Below, in pieces: positions 11,401 through 23,601 of a DNA stretch of 64,000 nt. The notes beneath the pieces are model-generated. The model saw only the letters and a list, made by a program, of their open reading frames with translations. It was not told the DNA's origin and did not search any database. This DNA is from Orbicella franksi (taxonomy: Eukaryota), in assembly GCA_964199315.1 (NCBI GenBank), contig OZ116700.1, positions 31,806,001 through 31,870,000 on the forward strand. Reading direction: 5' to 3'. Position 1 is the first letter of the stretch; each line of letters opens with the position of its first letter. The position numbers were made by a program, and so were the translations under genes.

Positions 11401-14400
11401 CAAATATCAAAGTGAATTCAAGTAAAAAGCAATTCTTAGTCATTACATGTATCAGCAGACAGTATATATATGGCTAGCGTTGTCTGCTCAAAGTTACCAG
11501 TGATCTGCAATTCTCGTCTTGCACTAAAGTTTATCAGAGTATTTACTCTGATATGTGCATAAAAATCAGGACTCAAAATGGCATCCCCCGCTAGTTGGTT
11601 GTGCATGTATTACTGCTGTTACTGTTTACTGTACATACACTGCAGTATGGAAAGAGCCAATACAGTCTTTTTTATTGGATCATTGTGCCATGGATGCTTA
11701 ACTTCCTACAATAATTTCAAATTGCTATGTGTATTCTAACTTCACTTCACTTTTATTCGTACGTTATTATTAATGATACTTTTACTTGGTGCAGATATCA
11801 CAACAAGCTGATGCAAAGGAAGAAAGTGAGAGAAATCAGTCGAGAAAGGCTAAGAGTTTGGTGCAGGAAACCAAAGACGATGAGGGCCAGAGGTGAGAAA
11901 ATTTACAAATAGTTGTGTATTCACACAGATAACTATTTGTCAACATGTACATTTAGTATTGAAGATGTCACCGAAATACTGTATGGTGATCAAAATTACT
12001 CACTGGATGAACTATTTCTTGTTATGATCAGAGATACAAACTTGTATATTAACTGTTTCATAAGTTGGTAACTGTTTAATAAATGTGTGATTACATAAAA
12101 GAAAACTAAACTTATGAGGACAAGCAATTACATTCAGAAGATGAACAGCAATTTGAGGTCTAAAAATGACAAAAGTCTGATTTAGAAAAATAACCAAGTT
12201 GGCTTCTCTGTAGATGAAACAAAGTCAAACAAGCAAGAACTTAAAGGAAAAAGATGACTACAAAAAATCAGAAAAAAAAATAATCAGGAGAGGCTTGGCA
12301 GCCTTGGCTCTACAGCATGTATATCATATGCAGTAGTTGATACAGCAGATTATCATCTTGTGAAAAGGAAGATTACACGCCTCTGAAGTCGCCACTTTGA
12401 AATACATTAATTCTAGATATTTTACTTCACAGGGGAAGAAGCGAGCAGGAAAAAAGAGATAACAGCAGCTCACCCAAGCAAATGGTTAGTCATGAGGGGA
12501 TATATATTGATAACTGATAATATTGTAGAAGTATCTCATGAATTTGTATGGTTGAACTAACTCTACTGAAGTAGCTGTAAATGTGTTTTTCTGGATCATA
12601 CAAAGAAAACAGAAACAAGAAATAACCCATGTAGAGTGCACATGTGCTTTTTTGTATGTTTTATTGTCATTTGATATTACAATTTTTTTTTTTTTTTTAC
12701 AGAAACGATTCACAGTTCCAAGGTTTGCTTCTAAAGAAGATTCAAGGCGGAGAGCTGTACCAGTGTACTGTGCTTCTAATGAGGAATCTGAGATGGTGAG
12801 ATCTCTTTAGAGTCTTGTATGAATCTGAAGATTTCTACTGCTACTCAAAATAATTTGAGTATTACTCCCTTTCAATGACAATGGACTAGACAATGTATGA
12901 ATAAATGTGAAGACTTGTATCTCTCAATTACATCTGTACAATGGGCTGGGTAAAATATTAGACTCTTGCAGGCATTCAGTGAGTTGGGTGAAGGGTGAAA
13001 AATGGCGCACAAAAGAATAGGGGAGAAGCACAGGGCAGGAAGGCAAGAGAACTCCATCATCGCAGCAAGCCTTTGTCTCCTTTATTTCACTTTATTTCAC
13101 ATGAGGCACTCCAACTAACTGAATGCCTGGAAGAGTCTGCAGCAATACCGGTATTTAGGCCGTTCTATTCAGATGAATTGGGTTTTGCATTCTTATTGTA
13201 TGGATTGCCTTTTCACTCAGATACCATTCACAAACCTTGGGAATTACCTCTAGGCTTGGAATGTAAGATTCACACCTTGTTTCTTGTTATTAGCCTCAAA
13301 GAAGAACTGTGTCCAGAAAAATTAACCAGGAGCAGATCAAGATTGATCGCAGACTTGCTTGGGAGCGTGTGAAGGAGCTGCTTGGTGGTGATGAAGATGA
13401 CGAGGAGGAGGAAGAGGCTACCAGAGCTTCCAAATCAGGTATATACAGATAGGTACATGTACTTGTACCCCGCAAGGTGGATTTTCCCCTCACTTTCTGC
13501 TCTGATCAGATAAGAAAGGGAATCACTGTCTCGCAGGGTAGGTACTCATGGGCTTCCACAGGGGCAAAGCACCTGCCAAACTGACCGGATGTGAGGAGTA
13601 TTTTGCCTACCTGGTTTGACCATCCAGAGGAAAGTTTTTCTTATAAAGAAGTTCTTACAAAGAAGTTCAGTTCAAAAAGGTTTGTGAAAACCTGTTGCAT
13701 GTGAAACACCAGTTGCTCTCCCGCTGAAAACGCGAATGAAACCCCTGGGTACTCAAGCAAACTAGGAAAACCTAGCAGAGTGCTGGGATAACCAGTGAAT
13801 GACAAGCATCCCATCGAAGGGGAGTAACAGTGCTTATTGTTGCTTCATCCTAAGATACACTTCTGCAGTCAGCAGTCTAATATTGCACTATCCGGACATC
13901 TCAGTGAACCAATCAAAATGCTCTTTTTCATGAGGCCCAGTTTGGGAATTACTAATGAATACATCAAGTGACATGTCCAAATGGTTTCTTACATTAATAA
14001 CAATAATGATCATTGTGGTGCTTTTCTAACAGGTGATGTTCCTTTGAATCCCTCTTCAGGTACAACAGCAGCTTCATCAACAGCTGCTGGTACTTCCACC
14101 TCTTCATCGTTATTGAAGATCCCTACTGCCGGGGCTGTGACCAGTGCCGGGACAATAACCACCACCACCACTCAGAGTCTCATCACCCCAGCGCCTTCTT
14201 CTGGCGTCCCACAGAGGACCACAGGGGTTCAGGGAGTCCCTGTGACAAATGCCCCATTTTTGCAATCCCAAGGTACAGCGGTGCCCTCATTACAGTCTCA
14301 GCAAGCGTCAGGGCCCGGGCTATTGGCTAATTTGTTAAGTAATCCAGGATCATCAAAGAATACCTCATCGGCAGCAGGATCACAAACAGCTACTCCAGAA

Positions 14401-16794
14401 CAAGCGCAGTCAGCTGTTACTGCCCAGACATCTGGAGTAGTAAATTTATTAAAAACTCCCACAATAGGATTACAAGCAAACGTGTCACTAACATCAACTG
14501 CAACTGCAACCCAAGGTCCTGCAGGTTTCCAGTTCTCATCTTCTTCGTCTTCGTTTGGAAATTCGCCCTTTGTAAAGCCAGCAATATCAAACCAATTAAC
14601 TTCATCCTCAGTTTCTTCTCACAAAAATACGTCTGACACCAACACCAGCTCAGCCCAACAACCAGGCTTTAGTTTTCCTGCAATTTCTTCTTCGGGGCCT
14701 GGCCAGGCAGGGTTTACATTTGCAGCTGCTAGTGGCGCCCCAAATGCTGTTAGTTTAGGTCAAAATTCAACACAAAACACTCCTGGAACAAGCTTGTTTA
14801 ATTCTCCAAGTACTTCCGCTTTGGGAGCAGCTAGTTCTCAAAAACCTGTTACGTTGGCAGGTAACAGTTCAATTGCACCATCTCAGAATCCATTCGCATC
14901 TATTGCCAAGCCTACACAAAATAGTTCTGTGTCCAGTGCGTTGCCAGCACCGAGCGGTTTTGCCGGGCAAAGTTCAAACGCAGCTCAGAGTTCTTTTGGT
15001 TCAGTAGGCCAGAACAAGTTGGCATTTGGTGCCACAAACATGCAATCTGTACAAGGACAACAGAGTCAAAGCCCATTTGGTGGTACCCCCAGCACTATGT
15101 CGGGTTTCGGTTCAACGTCTGCGCAAAACACTTTTGGAGTTGCAGTTAGTAAAAGTTCTACGCAAAGTCCATTTTCCCAGGGTACGTTGGGAGCGCAGGC
15201 CAACCAAAACACTTCCCAGGGACCTGCCCAAAAAGCCTTCGGAGCACAACAGCAAAACCAGCAAGCTACTGCAAGTACTTTTGGAAAACCGTCCGGCAAA
15301 AGTACATTTGCGAACCTAACTAATACTCCAGGCAACTTTACGTTTGGTTCACAAGTCCAACAAAGTGCCACGCAGAATGTATTCGGAAGCCAGACAACTC
15401 AAAATGCGTTTGGACCTCAAGCAAATCAAAATACTAGCCAAAGTGCCTTTGGAAACCAACTTACCCAGAATGCCTTTGGAGCCCAAGCTACCCAAAGTGC
15501 TTTTGGAGCATCTTCAACCCAAAAGACAACTCCGTTCACTTTTGCCGCTCAGAACACTGTCCAGAACCCTTCCAACACACCTTTCGGTGGGTTTGGTAAA
15601 ACTGGTACCCAGAGTACTTTTGGGGCAGCGCTTTCCCAGAATACTGCAGCTCCCTCAGGTGGATTCAATTTCAGTGCTACCGGAAGTAACCCTGCACCTG
15701 GTGGTTTTAATTTCAGTGCAACTGGCAATAAACCCAATGGTTTTCAGTTTGGTAAGAGTGACATGTAGTTATTGTTTCCTTGGGATTAACTTCTCGTGTC
15801 ATTGAAGCGCTTGATACAGCAAGTGTGTTTTCCAATCGTTTTGCTAAAGTGCGTATTTTTGAACTACAATTACTTCTCGGGTAGTTTTTTTTTATTATTC
15901 TTAATTGCCTTCACATATTTGACATTTGACCAAAACTACCGAATGGCTATGGACGGATCTGATTTGCAAGGTCTTAAAAAATCTTCGCATTGTTCAAGGT
16001 CCTTGAAAGTCACAAATAAAAAACGCTACTCGTGGGGATAAGTGGGGTTTCGTCAGGGAAATCTCTTGAGAAAATGCCAGAGGCCTTCCCAAAAACTAAT
16101 CTGGCCTGAGAAGCGTATTTTTATCCTGCAAGTTACACGCAGAGCTGAGAGCTCGACGGAAAAATGTGTCAATCCTGTTGTCGTATCCTCAACTGCCTCT
16201 TTTCGTGAAGTTCATTTGAGTGTGTTGTTTCTGTAGGTGCAGCGGGAAGCAGCGGTAATTTTGGTCAATTTGGCCAAACAACTGCTCAGCCTGGAGGTAA
16301 GAATATTCTTATAAGATGAACAAATTGTAAAAACTCCTATCCTAAGCACATTCTTAACTATGATTCCACTCCCCTGATTGTGGAAATCTTCCACGTTAGG
16401 TGTGGTTCGCGTATGTTGAATCCCCTCTCAAAATGGCCTGCTTCTTTTCCCGCATGCTTCTCTCGAACGTCTTACGTGCAAGAATGTTGTTGTCTAGGTG
16501 TTGAAGGTCTGACCGAAGCCGAAGTTTTACCTCTTATTACTTCAGATCCATGATCGTTGTAAATCTTGCCCAATACTTTCGTCTCTTTCATCTCTCACAG
16601 CTGCGCCCGCAACACCTACACCCAGTGGTGGTTTCAACTTTGCTCCAGGGTCTGGTGGCATGCCGGGAAGTCCGTTTGCATCACCTGCGGCTGCGCCAAC
16701 GTTTGGCATACCAAGCACTCCACAAGGGGCGGGCAGCACGCTGACGACAAGATCGCGGGCTCGCTTAACGGCCCGACGGAGAGGCAAGAAATGA
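8428..16794 (+). CDS. POM121: Nuclear pore membrane protein POM121-like; exons 8428-8762, 9190-9384, 9821-9961, 10554-10785, 11180-11347, 11795-11892, 12433-12484, 12703-12795, 13294-13438, 14033-15751, 16237-16296, 16601-16794
   Basis: N-terminal transmembrane segment (VLAILGLVILTLWSLFGLFWSLLLVFTFLIYAY). POM121-type motifs PSTVKIASPD and NPCSRVTVLSALKESRKRSLVVEDEED...KRR. Long S/T/Q-rich FG-repeat exon (GFSF, GFTF, AFGA, GGFNFS) and a basic C-terminus ARRRGKK*. All 11 introns are GT-AG with consistent phases. Confidence 0.88.
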
Positions 16795-17476
16795 GAGAGG
16801 GCAAAATAACTGTAGCTGCCAAGAACATTGGACTGTATGTAGGGGAATAAGACTTTAACAATGATGCAATTTTGTATTTGTATATAAATTTACAAAGGAT
16901 ATCGTTCGGTTTTATTCCATACTCGATTTATTGCGGATTTCAGATTATGTAGTTTTTCAATTTTATATATTTGATTAATAAATGAACTTTGTACATAGTG
17001 TTCATTTTGTTATCGTTGTCTTTTCAAATAACACCTCCCTTAATTAATCTGCTTTAGCGAACCCGTGAAATTGACTCTAATTTCTGCAACTTTAATTATA
17101 TTATTTTCGACTAAGAGTATGAATCTAGCTTTTCCCAACGTATAGCTATGCAGTCAAGAACCTTAACAGCTTATCTACTTGCTTCATTTTAATCTTAAGT
17201 CGACGTTTCTTAAGAATTCAGGTAGCTCCTCAGTTTTATAGGAATCTTTTCATCGGAATATATTGTCCTTATTGTGCTCTGGCCATTACTGTAGGTGTCT
17301 TGTTTGTGCTATTTCGTTAATTTCTAGTATGAAAAAAAAAATTGCTTGTCGTTCGCGTTAGTTCATAATTTTGCGCAATTCCGCCCTTCCTTTTCACATT
17401 TAATTAAGTAGAATTACTTTAAAACATTTCTAGTGAAAGCCTAGCTTTGTCGAAAGTCTTAACTACGAATATAGTC

Positions 17477-18200
17477 ATTTAGAAAATGAATTTGTATTTT
17501 ACATACGAATCTCGCGGTGCTCGAAAGTCATTTACTTTGTTTATAACAGTCAAAACTATCTCGAAACTAAATCTGGAACACAGTGATAAATTTGATATAG
17601 AAATTTAACAAATTATCCGTCGTGGTTCACGTTCTACGGACAACGCAGAATTTGGTCATTTCACGTTGTTGTTTTGCAAAGGACGGCAAAGAAATGTACC
17701 AAGAATTATAACGCACGTGCACAGCCACTGTACTGCTCATTAAACCTTTTGTTTAACGACGTTGCCGTTGCCTTTCTTAGGCTCCGTCCCCACGTATCCG
17801 GATATTCTTTAAATCCGCAACTTTTTCTCTCCGGATTCAAAAATTTCCCCGTCCACACGTAGCGCATTCAAATCGAATCCGCCTGTCCACACGCATTCGA
17901 TGGTATCCGGATTCACTCGAGAGAAACCAGGCCTACACGTTGTGCCGCCATATTGGTTTATTGTTCGGTAAGAGACTGGCCACGATTTTGCTACGTCATT
18001 GTATTCGAAAATATCCGGATTTACTGTCCACACGTTATCGGAATTATTTTTTTTCCACTTGGGAGAGCAGATTCAAATATATCCGGATTCGCTGCCGAAT
18101 TCGCCGGGTACGTCTGGACGGAAGCCGTGTCCGGAAAGAAAAAGTTGCGCTTTTCAAAAATATCCGGCCGGATACGTGTGCACGGGGCCTTAAACTCCCT
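17477..18200. mobile_element. PIF/Harbinger-type MITE (same family as 40645-41008), 5'-truncated and interrupted in its right TIR by a second MITE
   Basis: 17480-17776 aligns by eye with 40690-40998 (GAATCTCGCGGT, AAGTCATTTACTTTGTTTAT, CTAAATCTGGAACACAG, AAGAAATGTA.CAAGAATTAT). The terminal CTTA|AACTCCCT is split by the insert. Confidence 0.75.
17780..18189. mobile_element. PIF/Harbinger-type MITE, 410 bp, with TTA target-site duplication
   Basis: TIRs GGCTCCGTCCCCACGTATCCGG versus the reverse complement GGCCCCGTGCACACGTATCCGG. TTA at 17777-17779 and 18190-18192. Many internal ATCCGGAT palindromes. Confidence 0.85.
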
Positions 18201-18216
18201 ATTGATCTACTCAAGC

Positions 18217-21200
18217 TCAGTTGTTCTCAGCTTGTTTTTGTTTCTCTTCGCTCTTTTCTGAGTCCGTTCCCTCTGTTTCCATGTGTTCTTGTTTGGGCGG
18301 TGCATCCACGTCATCAATTAGTTCGTAAAATTCTTCTTTGAAGGCAACTATATCTGAGAAAAACAATTAAGAGCGTTGATTATCGCGGCGATGGTCGGCG
18401 GTGGTTAGTGCGCTCGTCTGCACATAGAGCGGTCCGGGTTCAAGCCCTGGTCGGGGACATTGTGTTGTGTTCTTGGGCAAGACACTTAACTCTCACAGAT
18501 CCCTCTCCACCCAAGTGTATAAATGAGTACCGCGAAATTAATGCTGGGGGTAACCCTGTGATGGGCTAGCATCCCATCCTGGGGAAGTAGAAATACTCCT
18601 AGTCGCTTCATGCTACTGAAACCGGAGATAAGCACGTACCGGCCTTATAGGCCACTTGGCTCGTATGCAGACTTTACCTTTACCTGTTAGCGCTAGTCTT
18701 GAGAGAGGGTTTGAAAAAGTTTCTTTCGAGCTTTGAAACGTAAGACCAAGTCCGTTCAAATCCTTGTCCATAGTGGGTTATTTTCAACCGTTATGTCAGG
18801 TTCCTCGACAATCTAAACTGGCGCTATATCTTGGAAAGTTTCTTGTCCGACACCTAAACACAGTCACCCAAGGCACGAACGGAAACCACTCGACACGATC
18901 TGGTGTTGAACACGGCCGACAGACTTTGCAATGAACCTTATTTAAGTGTAAAGGCCGTTGAACATAATTCTCTAGAATAACAAGATTAACTCAGCTGAAA
19001 AAAAAAAAGAATACTTACTAATGACAACTCTAAAAATTCTCCACAGTCGAAGAACGATAATAAAAGCCAAGCCATTCCATGCCCTCTTAGCGCGGATTAC
19101 ACTGAAAGGTAAATCACATAACATGAGTAATACTTCGTGCAAAGGCCCCTTTCCGATGTTTCTTCGTCCATACTGGTCTAAGTAGACTATGCGAAATTGA
19201 TTGTTACACGATTTGTGTCTAGTTTTATGGACATATAATTCTCTCGAACCGATAAATTTTTCTCTCGAGGATTTCATCTGGTGCTCTTCGTGTTTTTTCC
19301 CACTCCCTGCTCTCCTATATTTACCTCTTCCAGACAACCACTCACTCACGCGTTCCTATTGACCAGCGGTCCACAAAAGGGAGAAAAATTCGTTCCTCGT
19401 TTAGTAACCGCTGGCCAGAGTAAAGCGTGGGAGCTTACCATACAGACAGTACTTGGTTGACACTATCGGCATGATGTTGTGTTGGGTTTGGCTGCAGAAC
19501 TGACTCACCTTAGCACTACCTCAATTACGAAGGCTGATACGACCACAAAGCCATCAAATATCTGAAGAGTGGAATAGATCATCGGTTATGTATAAGGACT
19601 GTGTGTGTTACTGTTGGAAGCAAGAGCTGCACAGTTGTGGCCTTACCTCCATTTTCTCCTCTAAGTAATACTCGCATCCCATTGCATAGAATTTGAGAAA
19701 AACCTGTGAAAAAGAATGTTCGGCGAATCAGTCGATGAGGCGCATTAGAAACCAGCACCTTTACATTAAGAAAAGGTTAAAAGTTTGAATTTAAAAACTC
19801 CGCAAAGACTGACCTCTAAGACGAAGACACCAAGGATAGAAAGACCAACAAAATGAAGAAGGTGCCTTGATAGGTGACTCTCATCTGAAAAAAGGAAAGT
19901 TAGTCCTAAGCGTGACACAGAAATACACAAAGACAGCAATTTTTCTTAGACAGTTCTGTCCAAGGGAGAAAGGCGCAATGAGGTTAACTTTATGTGAAGC
20001 ACCAACCCGTTAAACAAGGTCAGACCACAACAGCGGGAACTCCGTGCCCTATACTCTTTGCAAGAAGTGTGTGGGTTCTTTAACGTCCCCTGCTAACCAT
20101 TTAACACTGAAGATGCAGGAGACGGGGCCTACGGGTTATAGTCCTTATCCGAGAAGACTTGAGCGTCTAACCGTTTGCATATGTAATTACAAAGTCTACA
20201 AAGGCAGCACATTCTCCCCAGTTATTTTAAGACCCTGAGTGTTGGTTCGGTGTGGGGCTCGAACCCTCGACCTCCCGCACAGCAGTCTGGCGCTCTATCA
20301 ACAGAGCTAATCAGGCGCGTGTGATCTCATGTCCATATTTTTGCCAACTGACCTCAAGTTAAATTCAGTCCCGTCTTTGATCAAGAGTGAAATCCTTAGA
20401 GAACTCTGTGGGATTCGTTATAGAGAATCTCATACATTAGAATCCCATCGAAACCTTGAAACCCTATGGAATAAGGAGAGCTTTAAACTCCTTTGGGACT
20501 TAAATCATTTTAGTTTAAAGGCGACCTCCAATATTTATCAAACCCTCTCAACTTTGATAGCATCGACTTTAAATTGCTGTAAAATTGCCACTGATTGGTC
20601 AAACCGCTGACACTACATGTAATAACTTCGTTGTCGAAATTTCCTTTTTTCAAAACCGTCGTTCCAGTACCTTTAATGACGTGGAATTCGATCAGCATGA
20701 GAACGAGGTTGATGAGCACTTCAATTAAGACCAGGATGACGATCCCCAACTGCCATGTGACTCCTGTCAACATTACAGCCAATGAGTGGCGAAGAACCCT
20801 TGAAACGGCAAAAAAGAGGAATTTTCTACATGTTACAGACACGACGTAAATACAACCTAGTTAGTGGGGTTGGGTTCTAATCATAAATACTCCTGTTTGC
20901 TTTAAAATACGGTTTAGATTACGTACGCTCTGATTGGATAAAAGCGATTAAACATGTTTTACTGGAATTAGTGTGATATTGTTTCCCGCAAAAAGAAGCC
21001 GGCATTAATGCTGGCATAAAACATGCTTAAAGGAGCTCAGTCAGTCAATGTGCTCTCTTGATTTTGTGAGTGTGAGTGAGAACTTTATTAAAGTGTCAAA
21101 AAAAAAAAACCTTATAACCTGGGAATAAAAACACCATACTAATTAGGGGACACTGCTAAAAAACTATACTGATACTAATATTAATACAATAAAAAAATAA

Positions 21201-22032
21201 ATGACTTGAAGGGCATTATGTACAGCATAGGATGCAGCCCTTACAGCCGGTGTCCATTAAGCGAGTTATATCCCTTTTGCGAATATAGTTTGTAAAAGCT
21301 TGCAGTGTCTTGGCTGATCTGTCAGCCATAGACAGTTTGCCCCATAATTTGGGTCCTACATAACGCAAAGAGTGCTTCCCATAAGTAACAGTGTTGTATC
21401 TAGGAGCAGAAAAATCTGATTGTCTCAGGTTGTATGCAGAAATATGCTCGTTAAATGTGAGGGTTTTATTTCGTTCCTTGGGACTTCAGTATTTACGACC
21501 TGGTCAAAACAGATCGTCACACAGGTTAGAATTCCATCTCAAGTACATTTACGGGGCTCTTTGACAAAGCCAGCTTAAAGCTATAATAATCTGTAACAGA
21601 CGAATAGAAAACCAGTCATGGCGAATCAGTTCCGGGTGATTCGTTCACTTGTAACGCAAGTACGCTAGTAACGTTTCGCTCGTACTATACGTCTTGCTTT
21701 GAGAGGGTCAGCTGTCAGTTAAGTGGCTGTTAATAATTGGTTGTTAAGTAGCTGTTAGTAATAACTTAACCCTCTCCTAGGTGACTACCTTTTATAGAAA
21801 GTATGCACATAATTAAATGAAAAACCCTTATTTTCTTAAAATTATTTGTTTTCTACTTTTTTTTACAGGCAACTGCTAATGAAAATCAATGCCTAAATAA
21901 TATCTGCCAATGCCGGTACCTTACAAATCCAGGCGAAAACGAACTTCTTCTGACCTTCTGGCTCTGAACACGATCTACCAACGAGTCATAACGAATGGGT
22001 AGCGATTTACATTTCGCGGAATAAGTAAACAT
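18217..22032 (-). CDS. HVCN1: Voltage-gated proton channel Hv1-like, 213 aa; exons 22032-21920, 20798-20671, 19884-19814, 19703-19647, 19561-19509, 19101-19019, 18353-18217
   Basis: Stand-alone four-helix voltage-sensing domain: S1 WQLGIVILVLIEVLINLVLMLIE; S2 HLLHFVGLSILGVFVLEVFLKFY; S3 EKMEIFDGFVVVSAFVIEVVL; S4 with the Hv signature RxWRxxR (LRLWRIFRVVIN). All six introns are GT-AG with matching phases. The first exon is the least certain, and orthology to HVCN1 as opposed to a paralogue is untested. Confidence 0.85.
18375..18686 (+). mobile_element. tRNA-derived SINE, family A, near full length, in the last Hv intron
   Basis: A-box-like TGGTTAGTGCGC, B-box GGTTCAAGCCC, body TTCTTGGGCAAGACACTTAACTCTCAC...CCACCCAAGTGTATAAATG, tail GTATGCAGACTTTACCTTTACC. 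Homologous to 33118-33320 and 61247-61565. Confidence 0.85.
20022..20318 (-). mobile_element. tRNA-derived SINE, family B, in an Hv intron
   Basis: Minus strand: TAGCTCTGTTGATAGAGCG (A box), GGTTCGAGCCC (B box), then a non-tRNA body ending CGTTAAAGAACCCACACAC...GTTGTGG. Confidence 0.75.
21060..21460 (-). mobile_element. 5'-truncated non-LTR retrotransposon (CR1/L2-like LINE) 3' end in Hv intron 1
   Basis: Minus frame reads AYNLRQSDFSAPRYNTVTYGKHSLRYVGPKLWGKLS...FTNYIRKRDITRLMDTGCKGCILCCT*, typical of a LINE ORF2 C-terminus. It is followed by AATAAAG and a (CTCA)-type tail. Confidence 0.75.
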
Positions 22033-22567
22033 ATGAGTTTCTCGCACTTATAATTTAGTTACACTCACTGAACACCAGCAAACATTATTAATACATTATT
22101 TTGAGCAAACTGAAACAACGGCGTCTTCGATTCCCAGCGTCTTGAAAGGGTTAAAAACTCGGCCATGCTAATCGCAATTACAGAATGCCACGGAGAATGT
22201 GATGTTCGATTTAGACGACTAAACATTATAAAAATTAAATAACAAATACCGTTTACTTTGCTGCGTGCTTCCCCCGCGAGTATGACTGGTAGTTCCAGTT
22301 GCCATTGTATATCCGTAGTTACCGTAAAATATTTTTTCTTTACTTATTCCACAGGTAGCCAAGGTGTCCAAGGCATCTCAAGTTCACTATGTGAGCGACA
22401 CCAAACTTCGCGGATTCTCCGGTCTTTTCGCTACAAAGCCGTTTCGCTCTGTAAGTCCGTCTTGTTTCAACTGAAAGTCGATTCTCTACACATCGATCGC
22501 TTTAATAGCAGCACACAATTAGATTCTCCCTGTGGCCCAGGACTCTGGCCTGAAGCGTCATCCGTGG

Positions 22568-22810
22568 CGGGGGGAGGGGGGGGGGAGGGGCATACAAAAA
22601 GGACGGGGGTGCTCGTAGTACCTTTTAAGGGTTGAAAAAGTAGTTTTGGAACCTCTTAGGGTGCTAAACCTCAAAACGTCCACAGCTGGAGCTTGTGCGG
22701 TATTGAGCCGAAACATTTTGACAGGAGCAGGAGATAATGTGTTATGTAAGCATTGGTGCCTGTAGCTTAGGGGAGAATAATGTTTCAAGCCACGCCCACA
22801 AAACAGGATC
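22568..22810. mobile_element. Fragment of a non-autonomous DNA-transposon-like repeat with a G-run terminus
   Basis: The G-run, ACGGGGGTGCTCGTAGTACCTTT and TTCAAGCCACGCCCACAAAACAGGATC all recur in 36447-36927. Confidence 0.6.
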
Positions 22811-23565
22811 ATCAGGCCAGATCGAAGAGATTGGTAATGATACGTGTACACTTGCATTCTGTCTACCTTACATTTTATTGAAAGAAATTCTGGATGGGGT
22901 TACCTGAGGGAAAAAAAATTGACAACTGACAGATACCCGAATCGAAACCTTAACAACTGACAACTGACATTTGTAGTCAGATTTACTGACAACAGACCAA
23001 AGGCTTTATCCATTATTATTCCTTTGCAATTCATCAAAAATAACTATTGTTCGGTTGAAATAACATACACAACATTAACTAATTTTGTTTTTTAGATTTA
23101 TACCTGTTTGTTTATTCGCAGAAAATACGCGTTAGTTGTTAGTTTTTAATCCGCCCATTGTGATCTTTAGTTTTGTCTGCGTGAATAAAACACGTCACTT
23201 CAATGTCTAGCCTGTCATTTGATGTCCAAATTGATTAAATCGCGAGCTAGTTGTGTAAACCGTGGGCTCGAACTCAAAGTAAAACGCTGCAAATGCTTGA
23301 GTCTCCAAGGTCGGCATGCCAATCCCCTTGAAAAATAGGAATAAACGGAGTGTCTTCAATCTGTACCGAATCAGTTGCCAAAATCAATAGCACAAACAGC
23401 CGTCAATTGAGCGTTTTATATGCCTATCTTTCGTAGACAAAATTGATTAACCCGAGAGTTTCCAGAGCCGCCCTTCATACGAATCTTATATTAGGAACGT
23501 AAAGAATGGTTTACACAGCAGCGCGACGAATCCTTACACAGGAATGCAGAAGCCACTACATATAA

Positions 23566-23601
23566 CTCGTGTCCGCGTGACTTTGGTCACGCGGACACGA
23601 G
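23566..23601. repeat. Perfect 16-bp-stem hairpin
   Basis: CTCGTGTCCGCGTGAC-TTTG-GTCACGCGGACACGAG read directly. Confidence 0.9.

Noticed and set aside
12214-13262. Extra POM121 exons at about 12214 and 13221-13262
   Set aside because: They have plausible acceptors, but their phases do not fit the flanking exons and would introduce stops or frameshifts.
14417-16861. Overlapping and antisense ORFs across the POM121 FG exons
   Set aside because: Shadow frames of a low-complexity coding region with no independent motifs.
17809-18341. Cluster of 64-133 aa ORFs
   Set aside because: They lie in the palindromic MITE and on the antisense strand of the last Hv exon; there is no transposase motif.
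20250-20318. tRNA gene (also at 18390-18450 and 61260-61310)
   Set aside because: A and B boxes are present, but there is no complete cloverleaf and the sequence runs into multi-copy SINE bodies.
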